Shown here: positions 47,491-57,936 of the stretch, piece by piece
How positions within the stretch are numbered: the stretch's first letter is position 1
Layout: the number at the start of each line of letters is the position of its first letter
DNA from: Bacteroidales bacterium
Lineage (GTDB): Bacteria > Bacteroidota > Bacteroidia > Bacteroidales > Prolixibacteraceae
DNA length: 60,084 nucleotides
Direction: 5' to 3'
Assembly: GCA_031285325.1 (NCBI GenBank)
Contig: JAITWJ010000108.1
Coordinates: forward strand, 1-60,084
Made by a program: the position numbers and the translations under genes
The notes under the pieces: generated by a model
The model's input: only the letters and a program-made list of their open reading frames with translations
Databases searched by the model: none
Told to the model about the DNA's origin: nothing

Positions 47491-47839
47491 ATAATTTTTT
47501 CAAACCCCAAATAACTCTTTTCTTCTTTTGTTATATGTTAGCCTCCGGTTTTTTAACAATCATGCGCATGTTTGTGCTTTCGGAGGCTTCCGATTTAACA
47601 ATCATGCGCATGTTTGTGCTTTCGGAGGCTTCCGGCTTAACAATTGTGCGCATGTTTGTGCTTTCGGAGACTTCCGATTTAACAATCGTGCGCATGTTTG
47701 TGCTTTCGGAGGCTTCCGATTTAACAATTGTGCGCATGATTGTGCTTTCGGAGGCTTCCGGTTTAACAATTGTGCGCATGTTTGTGCTTTCGGAGACTTC
47801 CGGTTTAACAATCGTGTGCATGATTGTTAAAAAAACCGG
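47491..47839 (-). repeat. Array family A, copy 2 (inverted): six 42-bp units plus terminal palindrome, bounded by inverted repeats, with the same tail as copy 1
   Basis: TTAACAAT occurs at 47553, 47595, 47637, 47679, 47721, 47763 and 47805. CCGGTTTTTTAACAATCATGC (47545-47565) pairs with GCATGATTGTTAAAAAAACCGG (47818-47839). Confidence 0.9.
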
Positions 47840-47870
47840 CGGCGGAAACCGGCGCAGCAGGCGTTGTTGT

Positions 47871-47967
47871 ACCGTCATTACGAACCGCGAGCTTGCGAAG
47901 CGGAAAGCAATCCACGCAATATTGACAATTAAGAGAGTAGTTAGCGACTATTCTTTTAATTGTTAAT
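47871..47967 (+). repeat. REP-like half element followed by a long AT-rich hairpin containing ACAATTAAGAGA
   Basis: accgtcattacgaaccgcgagcttgcgaagcggaaagcaatcc, then ATTGACAATTAAGAGAGTAGT...ACTATTCTTTTAATTGTTAAT (47921-47967). Confidence 0.6.
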
Positions 47968-48111
47968 CGCGAAACAGTTCATGGAAGGGGCTCAAAAAAA
48001 ACTTATCAATTCAAAACCGTTTCTTAGTTGTATTGTAAATTGGTATTCAAAAGAAAATATTGATATAGTCGTACAAATGACTGTGGTTACAGCTAATGGA
48101 TTGGTGAAAAT

Positions 48112-48187
48112 TTTTTATCAGAAATCAATATATTTTTATCAGAAAGCGACATATTCTTTTGTTTACTTACTCATATTATTACATTTG
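48112..48187 (+). promoter_or_regulatory. oxyR promoter region: 13-bp direct repeat and -7 box
   Basis: TTTTTATCAGAAA at 48112 and 48133; TACATTTG at 48180-48187. Confidence 0.5.
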
Positions 48188-48217
48188 TTTTAGAAAACGC
48201 CTAATCAGCACATAATT

Positions 48218-49141
48218 ATGACCATTGTACAGTTAGAATATTTTTTGGCAGCAGCTGCCTACGGAAGCCTTACGACTGCGGCAGAACACTGTTTCGTTAC
48301 TTCATCTGCATTGAGTATGCAGATTACCGGTTTGGAAAACGATTTGGGAGTGATACTGCTTGACCGGAGCAAAAAACCAATCGTACTCACAGAAGTGGGA
48401 GAGGAATTTATTGGGCAGGCTAAAGAGGCCATAGCCGCATTTTACAAAACGAAAGAACAAGTCAACAACATAAAAGGCAAGTTGTCGGGCAGGTTGCGAA
48501 TCGGTGTAATTCCTACCATATCGCCCTACCTGATGCCTGGATTCATAACTCGGTTCATAAAAAAATGCCCTGATATCAAAGTCCGGATCTACGACATGTA
48601 CACAGCCGATCTTGTTGAAGCTATCGCCCTCGATAAAATAGATATTGCCATACTTTCGGGCGGGCAGTCGGAGGTAAAAATCAAGGAAACAGATCTGTTC
48701 GACGATAAACTTTACGTGTACGTGTCGCCCAAAAACAAGTTGTACGGACGCAAGGAAGTCCTTATCGAGGATATCGAAGTTGAAAAACTTCTTATCCTTT
48801 CTGAGGGTAACTGTCTTCGTAACCAGACCCTCGAACTTTGCATGGCGCGAAAAGATATCGATCCGCAATTCGATTTTGTGAGAAGTTCTCTTGAAAGCCT
48901 GATGTTAACCGTTGATCAAATATCGGGAACAACTGTTATACCGGGTATGGCCATAAAATCTATTCCCGAAAACAAGCGCGACCGTATAATACCTTTCGGC
49001 AGGGTTAATGCTAAACGGAAGATAACTGTGGCTATTGCGCCCACCTTTGTTAAAGAGGCAATGATCAAAATTGTGAAAGAAACGATAATAGAAGTGGCGA
49101 AAGAAGATTTTGTACTTTCGGAATTTCTCATCCCTGTATAA
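48218..49141 (+). CDS. oxyR: LysR-family regulator, OxyR type
   Basis: LysR HTH (QLEYF...AAEHCFVT...LSMQI..LE); GVIPTISPYL; redox Cys pair LSEGNCLRNQTLELC (C-X8-C); SLESL. Confidence 0.82.
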   Translation: MTIVQLEYFLAAAAYGSLTTAAEHCFVTSSALSMQITGLENDLGVILLDRSKKPIVLTEVGEEFIGQAKEAIAAFYKTKEQVNNIKGKLSGRLRIGVIPTISPYLMPGFITRFIKKCPDIKVRIYDMYTADLVEAIALDKIDIAILSGGQSEVKIKETDLFDDKLYVYVSPKNKLYGRKEVLIEDIEVEKLLILSEGNCLRNQTLELCMARKDIDPQFDFVRSSLESLMLTVDQISGTTVIPGMAIKSIPENKRDRIIPFGRVNAKRKITVAIAPTFVKEAMIKIVKETIIEVAKEDFVLSEFLIPV

Positions 49142-49359
49142 TCTGCCTGTTAGATAGGGGGTTCTGTTCAGGTCGAATCTATCCGAAATCATTAAGGAAA
49201 TCAATATACGATGCATTTTCTAAATGCATAACAGGTAATCGACAAATCAGAAGTTTACTACTCCAAACTTTGATAAAAAAATATGTTATTTATTAATAAA
49301 CACAGCGAAAATTGTTATTTTTATTGAGTGATTTTTTATACCGAATAACTTAGATCAAA

Positions 49360-50754
49360 ATGAAATTGCCGAAAAATATAATAATACCGGTTTTTATGTT
49401 TTTATCGCTGGTTTCAACAGCACAGAAAAATGAAAAAACACTGGTTTACAAATTTAATATCAAAGAAGAAATTACTCGTGCAACTTGGAGGCAAACAAAG
49501 CAGGCTTTTGATGCTGCCGATACACTTGGTGCAAAGTATTTTATGATTCACATGAATACTTACGGCGGAACCGTGGTCGATGCCGATTCCATACGTACTA
49601 AAATACTTGAAAGTAGAATACCTGTTTTTGTTTTTATCGATAACAATGCGGCATCGGCCGGAGCACTTATTTCCATTGCCTGCGACAGTATTTATATGCG
49701 TCCGGGGAGTAGTATTGGAGCGGCAACCGTTGTAAACCAAACCGGTGAAGCCATGCCAGATAAGTATCAAAGTTACATGCGTTCGACTATGCGTGCCACT
49801 GCTGAAGCACAAGGGAAATATACCATAATTGCAGAAATAGATACAATTTATAAATGGCGGCGCGATCCGCAAATTGCCGAAGCTATGGTCGATCCACACA
49901 TATTTATTGAAGGATTGACAGATACGGGGAAAATACTTTCTTTTACACCTTCAGAGGCTATAGAAAATGGGTATTGCGAAGGAACTGCTGAAAATTTGGA
50001 CGAAGTGTTACTTAAAGCCGGTATTCATAACTACGAAATAGTAGAATACCAACCCTCATTTATTGAAAGAATTATTGGTTGGCTGGTGCATCCTGTAGTT
50101 TCCGGAATTTTAATAATGGCTATTATTGGTGGTATTTATTTTGAAATGCAAACACCTGGAATTGGGTTTCCACTGGGTATAGCCGTTTTGTCATCCGTTG
50201 TTTATTTTGCTCCTTTATACTTGGAAGGATTGGCCGCTAACTGGGAAATTGCAGTTTTTATTATTGGAATTATTTTGCTTGCTATAGAGATTTTTGCTAT
50301 ACCCGGATTCGGCATAACAGGAATTACAGGTGTTATTTTTATTTTTACAGGATTGGTGCTTAGCCTCATAGACAATGTTAATTTCGATTTCGAATATGTT
50401 CATATTAAAAGTTTTGGAATTGCCATGCTAACAGTTATACTTGGAATTTTCGGCGGGTTTATACTTTCGCTTTATTTAGCGAATATGATTTTTTCCTCAG
50501 CAGTTGCCCCTTTTAAAAATATGGCACTGGATACGGTTCAAAATGTTGATGAAGGTTTTATTAGCGTAGATACAACACTATTCAGCCTGAAAAATAAAAT
50601 AGGTATAGCGGTAACAGTATTACATCCCAGTGGTAAAGTTAAAATAGAGAATAATATTTACGATGCTGTTGCCGAAAATGGATTCATCGAAAAAGGTGAG
50701 AAAATTATGATTCTAAAGGTAGAATCAGCACAGGTTTATGTGGAAAAAATTTAA
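49360..50754 (+). CDS. nfeD: NfeD family membrane-bound ClpP-class serine protease (long form)
   Basis: MNTYGG, AASAGALI, SSIGAA, EAMVD, a multi-TM middle section, and a C-terminal OB fold LHPSGKV. Confidence 0.88.
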   Translation: MKLPKNIIIPVFMFLSLVSTAQKNEKTLVYKFNIKEEITRATWRQTKQAFDAADTLGAKYFMIHMNTYGGTVVDADSIRTKILESRIPVFVFIDNNAASAGALISIACDSIYMRPGSSIGAATVVNQTGEAMPDKYQSYMRSTMRATAEAQGKYTIIAEIDTIYKWRRDPQIAEAMVDPHIFIEGLTDTGKILSFTPSEAIENGYCEGTAENLDEVLLKAGIHNYEIVEYQPSFIERIIGWLVHPVVSGILIMAIIGGIYFEMQTPGIGFPLGIAVLSSVVYFAPLYLEGLAANWEIAVFIIGIILLAIEIFAIPGFGITGITGVIFIFTGLVLSLIDNVNFDFEYVHIKSFGIAMLTVILGIFGGFILSLYLANMIFSSAVAPFKNMALDTVQNVDEGFISVDTTLFSLKNKIGIAVTVLHPSGKVKIENNIYDAVAENGFIEKGEKIMILKVESAQVYVEKI

Positions 50755-50936
50755 TCGTTAACAAAATCAACCGTATTTATAAAACATGCTGCTTATGTTA
50801 GTAATCTTTTGAAGACTCAAGGTATTTTTATTCAAAAAAAACTATATTTGCCGAAATTTTTAAAACTTGGGGTGGAATTTCTTCCTCAATTTATTATTTA
50901 ATTTAATAAATAAATTTTTATAAAATATTTAATTAC

Positions 50937-53153
50937 ATGAATCCATTATTTTGGTTTGTTCCGGCGGCGTCGCTATTAGCGCTGGGTTTCGCTTATTACT
51001 TTTTCAAAAGCATTATGAAAGAAAGCGAAGGCACCGCCACCATGAAAGAAATTGCATCACATGTGCGTAAGGGTGCAATGGCGTATTTGAAACAGCAATA
51101 CCGTGTGGTATTGATTGTATTTATCGTGTTGGCCGTATTTTTTGCCATATTGGCCTACGGCTTCCATATTCAGAACCCCTGGGTTCCGTTTGCTTTCCTA
51201 ACCGGCGGTTTTTTCTCCGGGCTGGCAGGATTTATCGGCATGAAAACTGCTACGTTTGCTTCGGCGCGTACTGCCAATGCCGCACGCAACTCGCTTAACA
51301 GCGGTTTAAAGGTTGCTTTCCGTGCAGGTGCGGTTATGGGATTAACAGTTGTTGGTTTGGGGCTTTTGGATATCTCTCTCTGGTTCCTGTTACTGAATGC
51401 CTTTTATGACGCTTCTGTAGCACAAAACTTAGTCATAATAACAACCACCATGCTGACATTCGGTATGGGAGCATCTACTCAGGCGCTGTTTGCACGTGTT
51501 GGCGGAGGTATCTACACAAAAGCTGCCGACGTAGGCGCCGACCTCGTGGGTAAAGTGGAAGCCGGTATCCCCGAAGACGACCCGCGCAACCCCGCCACCA
51601 TTGCCGACAATGTGGGCGACAACGTGGGCGACGTGGCCGGCATGGGCGCTGACCTGTACGAAAGTTATTGCGGTTCTATCCTCGCAACGGCGGCTCTTGG
51701 AGCATCGGCATTCTTTACTGACACCGACATGCAGATGAAGGCGGTTTTCGCCCCTATGCTGATTGCAGCGGTGGGTATTGTATTATCCATTTTCGGAATT
51801 TTCCTTGTTCGCACTAAAGAAGGAGCTAACATGAAACAACTGCTCGGCGCTTTGGGTAAAGGCGTTAATGTGAGTTCAATACTGATTGCCGTTTGTACTT
51901 TCGGAATTCTGTATGCACTGGGCATAACCAACTGGCTTGGACTTTCCTTCTCAGTAATTTCAGGTTTACTGGCAGGAGTTATCATCGGGCAGGTTACCGA
52001 ATATTACACTTCACATTCATACGAACCAACACGCAAAGTTTCTGAAAGCGGACAGACGGGCCCTGCTACGGTTATTATCTCCGGTCTTGGACTGGGGATG
52101 CTCTCAACAGCTATTCCCGTAATTACCATTGCGGCGGCTATTATTATTGCATTTCTTTGCGCTATTAATTTTGATGTAGATAATATGATGACTGCCGCTA
52201 ATTTGAGCAAAGGTTTGTATGGTATTGGGATTGCCGCTGTGGGGATGCTATCCACGCTGGGAATCACGCTGGCAACCGATGCTTATGGACCTATTGCCGA
52301 CAACGCAGGTGGTAACGCCGAAATGAGCAAACTGGAACCCGAAGTTCGTAAACGTACTGATGCGCTCGATGCTTTGGGTAACACTACAGCCGCTACCGGC
52401 AAGGGTTTTGCAATAGGTTCGGCTGCCCTGACGGCTTTGGCATTGCTTGCTTCATATATAGAAGAAATTAAGATAGGATTACAACATATAGGTCAAAACA
52501 TTATATCTATTGTGATGCCTGACGGCAACATTATGGAAGTTGAAACTGCAAAAGCTTCGATTATTGATTTGATGAATTATTATCAAGTTAACCTGATGAA
52601 TCCAAGTGTACTTATTGGCGTATTCATTGGTGCAATGATGGCCTTCCTGTTTTGCGGCTTGACTATGAATGCCGTAGGACGTGCCGCGCAGAGTATGGTT
52701 GAAGAAGTTCGTCGCCAGTTCCGCGAAATAAAAGGTATCCTCACAGGTGAAGCCACTCCAGACTACGCTCGTTGTGTGGCTATCTCTACCAAAGGCGCAC
52801 AGCGCGAAATGTTATTGCCATCTATTCTGGCAATTCTAATTCCGATTATCACTGGCGTTATCTTTGGTGTAGCAGGCGTGATGGGCTTACTGGTAGGCGG
52901 TTTGGGAGCAGGTTTTGTGCTGGCAGTATTCATGGCTAATGCCGGTGGTGCGTGGGACAATGCTAAAAAGTATGTCGAAGAAGGCAACTTCGGAGGTAAA
53001 GGCTCTGATGTTCACAAAGCAACTGTAGTTGGCGACACAGTAGGCGACCCTTTTAAAGATACTTCGGGGCCATCGCTGAATATTCTTATTAAACTGATGT
53101 CGATGGTAGCTATCGTAACAGCCGGTTTAACTGTGGCTTGGACACTGTTCTAA
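50937..53153 (+). CDS. hppA: Membrane-integral cation-translocating pyrophosphatase, K+-dependent
   Basis: [37 protein letters not shown] (Ala indicates K+ dependence), and [15 protein letters not shown] -7 box TATATTTG lies at 50843-50850. Confidence 0.96.
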   Translation: MNPLFWFVPAASLLALGFAYYFFKSIMKESEGTATMKEIASHVRKGAMAYLKQQYRVVLIVFIVLAVFFAILAYGFHIQNPWVPFAFLTGGFFSGLAGFIGMKTATFASARTANAARNSLNSGLKVAFRAGAVMGLTVVGLGLLDISLWFLLLNAFYDASVAQNLVIITTTMLTFGMGASTQALFARVGGGIYTKAADVGADLVGKVEAGIPEDDPRNPATIADNVGDNVGDVAGMGADLYESYCGSILATAALGASAFFTDTDMQMKAVFAPMLIAAVGIVLSIFGIFLVRTKEGANMKQLLGALGKGVNVSSILIAVCTFGILYALGITNWLGLSFSVISGLLAGVIIGQVTEYYTSHSYEPTRKVSESGQTGPATVIISGLGLGMLSTAIPVITIAAAIIIAFLCAINFDVDNMMTAANLSKGLYGIGIAAVGMLSTLGITLATDAYGPIADNAGGNAEMSKLEPEVRKRTDALDALGNTTAATGKGFAIGSAALTALALLASYIEEIKIGLQHIGQNIISIVMPDGNIMEVETAKASIIDLMNYYQVNLMNPSVLIGVFIGAMMAFLFCGLTMNAVGRAAQSMVEEVRRQFREIKGILTGEATPDYARCVAISTKGAQREMLLPSILAILIPIITGVIFGVAGVMGLLVGGLGAGFVLAVFMANAGGAWDNAKKYVEEGNFGGKGSDVHKATVVGDTVGDPFKDTSGPSLNILIKLMSMVAIVTAGLTVAWTLF

Positions 53154-53183
53154 TAGCACTGAAGAATAATAATTTAATAAATG

Positions 53184-53226
53184 AACCACCGAATGAAGAA
53201 TTGAATGCTTTATTCGGTGGTTTTTG
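53184..53226 (+). terminator. Intrinsic terminator after hppA
   Basis: AACCACCGAAT...ATTCGGTGGTT followed by a T run. Confidence 0.8.
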
Positions 53227-53523
53227 ATTATTTTATATGACACTTTAAATAGAACCCTTAGAAATAAAGGTTTTAAGCGAGATTGGTAATGAATTTGAAC
53301 TGCACCCTATTCTGCGTTGCATTTCCCCTCAAATACTCACTACATAACTACATAATTCTTGAACCATACGGCGCAAGCCACTTATGCTTAAATCGTCATT
53401 TGCGATGAACGAAGCAGTGGCAGGATGCGCCCTTACATTTCTTAATTAACTAAATTTTACAGAGTAATAAAATATTCCTGAAAATTTCTTTTCTTATCTT
53501 TGGAATGTTTTTAATTATAACCT

Positions 53524-55818
53524 ATGCCAGTGAAACTTAAACTTTTCGTTTTTATGTTATGCTTGTTTACGCTTCAGTCTAATGCGCAGTCGGTTGGGCT
53601 TGTATTAAGCGGCGGCGGAGCAAAAGGTATGGCACACATAGGCTTAATAAGAGTTTTAGAAGAAAACAATATTCCTATCGATTATATTGCAGGCACATCA
53701 ATAGGAGCAATAGTTGGCGGTTTGTATGCAGCAGGTTATTCGCCCGATGAAATGGAAGAACTTTTTAAATCGGACGATTTTTATTTCTGGTCAACAGGAA
53801 AAATCCAGAAAGAATACCGTTACCACTTTAAAATATCTGAAACTACTCCTGAGTGGCTTGAGTTGGGTTTTACAAAAACAGAAGATGAAGTTAAACTGTT
53901 ACCTCCTACAAACATAGTTCCAGTTGAGCAGATGAATTTTGCGTTCATGGAATTGTTTGCTGCCACAAATGCTATATATAATAACGATTTCGACAGCTTA
54001 ATGGTTCCGTTCTTTTGTGTTGCAACCGACATTTCCAATAATGTTCCCGTTATACTGCGTAATGGTGATTTGGGCGAATCAATCAGAGCATCAATGACCA
54101 TACCCTTGTATTTTAAACCAATAGAAATTGACGGAACATTACTCTTCGATGGTGGTATTTTAAATAATTTTCCACACAATATTATGCGAGAATTTCATAA
54201 GCCCGACATTATTATTGGCCATAAAGTCGCCAACGACGCCGAAGCAGCAACTGCCGATAATGTAATTGGGCAAATTTCGAATATAGTAATGCGCCCAACC
54301 AATTTTGAAATAAAACCCGAAGAAGGTATTTTACTTGAAACAAAATTCACTGATGTAGGATTACTCGATTTTAATAAGATTGACCAGGTATTGGAAACCG
54401 GAGAAAATACAGCTTTGCAGTATATCGACAGTATTATGTCGAGAATAGACAGAAGGATTTCTAAAGAATATGTGATGGAAGAACGTAATAAATTCAATGC
54501 AAAAAAACCACAATTACTTTTCCAGAATATACAGGTTGAAGGCGTTAACGACCCCGAACAAACCAAATATATTATTCAATCTATAAAACGTGGAGAAGAT
54601 GTAGTGTCGCTTTCATCGCTAAAGAAAGAATATTTCAAACTTGTTGCCGATGAACAAATAAAATCGATACAGCCTGTTTCGAGGTATAATAATGAAACCG
54701 GTTATTTTGACCTGCATCTTAAAATTGAACCGGAAAAAAGAATTGAAACTAACTTTGGCGGAAATATTTCAACAAGGCCTATAAACCAATGGTTTGCCAG
54801 TATTGATTATCGTTTCTACAAAAACAGAGCCTATAATTTAAGCTCCAATGTTTATTTTGGGCGTTTCTACAATTCATTTAAATTTGGCGGAAGAATCGAT
54901 TTCCCGTCAAAACTTCCATTTTATTTAGCCGGATATTCAACCATTAACCGGTGGGATTTTTTCTCGTCAAGTTCTGAAATTTTTTTCGAAGATGTCAGGC
55001 CTCCCTATATTATACAGTTTGAATATAATACGAGAGTAGAAACAGGTTTCCCGCTCGGTATGCATAGTAAATTACTTGCGGGCATTTCCTATTCCCGTTC
55101 TGTTGACGAATATTATCAGCCCGAAGTTTTTAAAAATGCAGATAAACCCGATAATACAACTTTTAGCGCCACTGCAGCAGAACTAAGAATAGAAAATAAT
55201 TCACTTAATTATGACCAATATGCAACAGAGGGCGCTTTACATTATTTTTCATTAAAATACATTTCGGGTAAAGAATCTTACAATCCGGGCTCAATTTCGT
55301 CAACAAATAATGAAATTAGTAACCGGCATAAATATTTTCTTTTAAATGCACATTCTGCTCAATATTTCAATCTGAGCCGCAAATTTACACTTGGTACCGA
55401 ATTTGAAGCAACTTTCAGTAACAAGGAACTTATGAGCAATTACACTTCAACTATGCTCTCAGCGCCGGGTTATCACCCTACTCCACACAGCAAATCTATG
55501 TTTATTAGTAATTTTCACTCAAACAATTATTTAGCCGCAGGATTAAGAGCCATTCTAAATTTTAATAAATCGCTGCACCTGCGTGTAGAAGGATACGGAT
55601 TTTTACCTGTTAACTATGAATTATATTCAAGCAGTTTAACATTTTCAAAAAGCGGCATTCTTTTGAGAGATTATTATTTACAAGGATTAGCAGCACTGGT
55701 ATATCAAACCGGAGTTGGCCCACTCAGCCTCGCTTTGAACTATTACGAAAAAGAAAGTTCACGTTTTTACCTGACATTGAATTTTGGCTACATTTTGTTT
55801 AATAAGCGTGGATTCTGA
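53524..55818 (+). CDS. Patatin-like phospholipase with probable POTRA-like and beta-barrel C-terminus (PlpD-like)
   Basis: Signal peptide, LSGGGAKG, GTSIG, RASM, DGG, and a barrel-like C-terminus ending NFGYILFNKRGF. A -7 box TATCTTTG lies at 53495-53502. Confidence 0.88.
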   Translation: MPVKLKLFVFMLCLFTLQSNAQSVGLVLSGGGAKGMAHIGLIRVLEENNIPIDYIAGTSIGAIVGGLYAAGYSPDEMEELFKSDDFYFWSTGKIQKEYRYHFKISETTPEWLELGFTKTEDEVKLLPPTNIVPVEQMNFAFMELFAATNAIYNNDFDSLMVPFFCVATDISNNVPVILRNGDLGESIRASMTIPLYFKPIEIDGTLLFDGGILNNFPHNIMREFHKPDIIIGHKVANDAEAATADNVIGQISNIVMRPTNFEIKPEEGILLETKFTDVGLLDFNKIDQVLETGENTALQYIDSIMSRIDRRISKEYVMEERNKFNAKKPQLLFQNIQVEGVNDPEQTKYIIQSIKRGEDVVSLSSLKKEYFKLVADEQIKSIQPVSRYNNETGYFDLHLKIEPEKRIETNFGGNISTRPINQWFASIDYRFYKNRAYNLSSNVYFGRFYNSFKFGGRIDFPSKLPFYLAGYSTINRWDFFSSSSEIFFEDVRPPYIIQFEYNTRVETGFPLGMHSKLLAGISYSRSVDEYYQPEVFKNADKPDNTTFSATAAELRIENNSLNYDQYATEGALHYFSLKYISGKESYNPGSISSTNNEISNRHKYFLLNAHSAQYFNLSRKFTLGTEFEATFSNKELMSNYTSTMLSAPGYHPTPHSKSMFISNFHSNNYLAAGLRAILNFNKSLHLRVEGYGFLPVNYELYSSSLTFSKSGILLRDYYLQGLAALVYQTGVGPLSLALNYYEKESSRFYLTLNFGYILFNKRGF

Positions 55819-55881
55819 ATAACATATTAATGGTGTAAAATTAATTTACTAAGGTTAGTATTTTAAAAAATTACACTTGTA

Positions 55882-56460
55882 TCATGCCTTTTTACTCTTC
55901 TTTTTTTCAACTGACCAGCCAAATTTTCCAATTTTTCTGCCTATTCCAAAATAATGTCCATGACTGTAAACAATAGGTTTGGTTTTCGAAAAATTGAAAA
56001 CATCATATTCGTCAATATAATCATTATCCACCGAAATATTAATCACCTCAGCAATAAACATGTGGTGTGTTCCAAGTTCGAGAATATCTTTTACTCTACA
56101 TTCAATATTTACAGGCGATTCTTCAATAATGGGCGCTTTTACTACTTTTGCAAGTGCAGGAGTGAGATTCGTTTCTTTCCATTTGTTATACTTTCTTCCG
56201 GAGCGGCAGCCACACCAGTCGGTGGCTTTGGCTAACTCTTCGGTAGTAAGGTTTATAACAAATTCGCCGGTACGTTTAATAATATCATACGAGTGTCTGT
56301 CTGGCCTTATAGAAATACTACACATGGGAGGATTGCTGTTTATTGTCCCTGTCCATGCAATTGTAATTATATTGTATTCTTCGGGTGTTTCGCCACAACT
56401 TACCATTACTGCAGGTATCGGATACAGAACAGTACCGGGTTTCCAGTATTTTTTTGCCAT
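55882..56460 (-). CDS. Flavin reductase family protein (flavoredoxin-like)
   Basis: YPIPAVMVSC, ITIAW, GEFVIN, CGCRSG, PIIEESPVNIEC, and LGTHHMFIAEV. Confidence 0.9.
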   Translation of the reverse strand: MAKKYWKPGTVLYPIPAVMVSCGETPEEYNIITIAWTGTINSNPPMCSISIRPDRHSYDIIKRTGEFVINLTTEELAKATDWCGCRSGRKYNKWKETNLTPALAKVVKAPIIEESPVNIECRVKDILELGTHHMFIAEVINISVDNDYIDEYDVFNFSKTKPIVYSHGHYFGIGRKIGKFGWSVEKKKSKKA

Positions 56461-56491
56461 TTTTATTATTTATTCAGGGAACAAAAATAGC

Positions 56492-56540
56492 ATTAGTACA
56501 CTTTAAAATAACATTAAATGCTATTTTAAAGTGTACTGAT
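56492..56540 (-). terminator. AT-rich inverted repeat downstream of the PepSY-like genes
   Basis: AGTACACTTTAAAATA (56495-56510) / TATTTTAAAGTGTACT (56522-56537). Confidence 0.55.
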
Positions 56541-56590
56541 TAATTACAAATTTTTGAAACAATGTTGCAAAAACACGGTCGATTAATAAA

Positions 56591-57448
56591 TTACAAAATA
56601 TTCCCGTTAACATCTATTTTCAAATTGGTTTCACTTTTGCCGTATTCGAGTTCAAGCAAATAGTATTCGTTTGTTGGCGTTACGTAATGATCTATGTCGT
56701 CGATGCGCCACGAACTATACTGCGAAGCGCTTACAGCGTTCAATACTAATACCGGAATATCGGCCTTACGAATTTCTGTTTTAGTGCAAACCCATTCCCC
56801 CGACTGTGAAAATATCAATTCGCGGGGAGTATAACCATCAACGATGTCAATCTCTAACATTCCGTGTTCGTTCTCGATATCTACAATCCGTGCCTGCGGA
56901 TATTTTTCAGTAATAAATGTTTTCACTGTGGGGATAACAGTTGTAGGCCGATGTTCTGAACCACTGTTGTTCCCGTTGCTGCTCCCATTATTATTATTAC
57001 TGTCGGGAACTGATTTTACCAACACTCCGTCTGGAGAAAACCATAGATCGTATTCTGCATTTCCCTGTTCTACCTCGATTATATAAACGGCTTCCCTGTC
57101 AGGATATTCAAGCATGTCAATGTCGTCTATATGCCATTTGGGGTATTCACTTTGCTCGAAAGCTGTTTTCACAGCCTGTGGGAGATCTGTATAACGTACG
57201 TCGGTTTCAGTCATTTGCCATTTGCCTTGTGTGTTGTACCATGCCTCAGCCTCTGTGTTATTACGTTGGAAGCCGGCCACATAATAGTCGTTCTTTGATT
57301 CCCATCCTACACGGGCAGCATCGGGATATTGGCTGCGGAAATTAGCTTCTATACTATGTGTTACCAAAATGTTGTCGTCATCTTTATCGCATCCGGCAAA
57401 ATGTATTCCGGCTATTGCCAATGTAATTACCAATAATTTTGTTTTCAT
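56591..57448 (-). CDS. PepSY-like (BLIP-like) repeat lipoprotein
   Basis: Lipobox FAGC-DKDDD; two halves each with YPxAR...W..TET/TKT...LP..V...Y..W.IDDID, joined by an N/S/G linker. Confidence 0.85.
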   Translation of the reverse strand: MKTKLLVITLAIAGIHFAGCDKDDDNILVTHSIEANFRSQYPDAARVGWESKNDYYVAGFQRNNTEAEAWYNTQGKWQMTETDVRYTDLPQAVKTAFEQSEYPKWHIDDIDMLEYPDREAVYIIEVEQGNAEYDLWFSPDGVLVKSVPDSNNNNGSSNGNNSGSEHRPTTVIPTVKTFITEKYPQARIVDIENEHGMLEIDIVDGYTPRELIFSQSGEWVCTKTEIRKADIPVLVLNAVSASQYSSWRIDDIDHYVTPTNEYYLLELEYGKSETNLKIDVNGNIL

Positions 57449-57473
57449 GATTCCTGTGATTATTAAAATATGA

Positions 57474-57908
57474 TCAATTATCTATCCCGATAAGTTGAAA
57501 CTGAAGATTGAATTCCAGTTCAAGCCTGTTGTCGAGTTTCATTTCATAATCACGGTTGTCACGGTCTATTTCCGTAACATAGTGTCCTTTATGATTCGCA
57601 TTTATGTAATTGCGAATAGCTTCCGGTATAGCTTCTTCCGGTACGCGGCCGTGTTTACAGTCAATATCTTTCCAATTGCCGCTCCTGTCAAATTCTACTT
57701 TACAACCGTTTGCAAAGAATACTTCATACGTTGTGTCCAATATTTCTCTGTCAACAGTTGACAGTGATACTTGAACATTTTTGAAATGTTTGTTTATAAA
57801 TTCTTTCGCCGGCACAGGAAATTTATCTACGCCGATGGGCCGGTCATCTCCCGCAAACAGCGGAGAAGAAACAGCCATTGCACAAAATAACACAATTAAA
57901 TTTTTCAT
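57474..57908 (-). CDS. PepSY-like domain periplasmic protein
   Basis: Signal peptide; P.PAKEFINKHF, YEVFFANG.KVEFD..GNW, and IPEAIRNYI. Confidence 0.85.
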   Translation of the reverse strand: MKNLIVLFCAMAVSSPLFAGDDRPIGVDKFPVPAKEFINKHFKNVQVSLSTVDREILDTTYEVFFANGCKVEFDRSGNWKDIDCKHGRVPEEAIPEAIRNYINANHKGHYVTEIDRDNRDYEMKLDNRLELEFNLQFQLIGIDN

Positions 57909-57936
57909 TTTTTTCAGATTAATTAATTTATTTCGA

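Noticed and set aside
53296-53307. TGAACTGCACCC resembling an IS3-family terminal repeat
   Set aside because: Only 12 bp, with no partner end and no transposase remnant recognised.
56961-57003. Low-complexity Asn/Ser/Gly-coding stretch as a phase-variable repeat
   Set aside because: It is an in-frame interdomain linker (SNNNNGSSNGNNSGS) made of triplets, so slippage would not switch expression.
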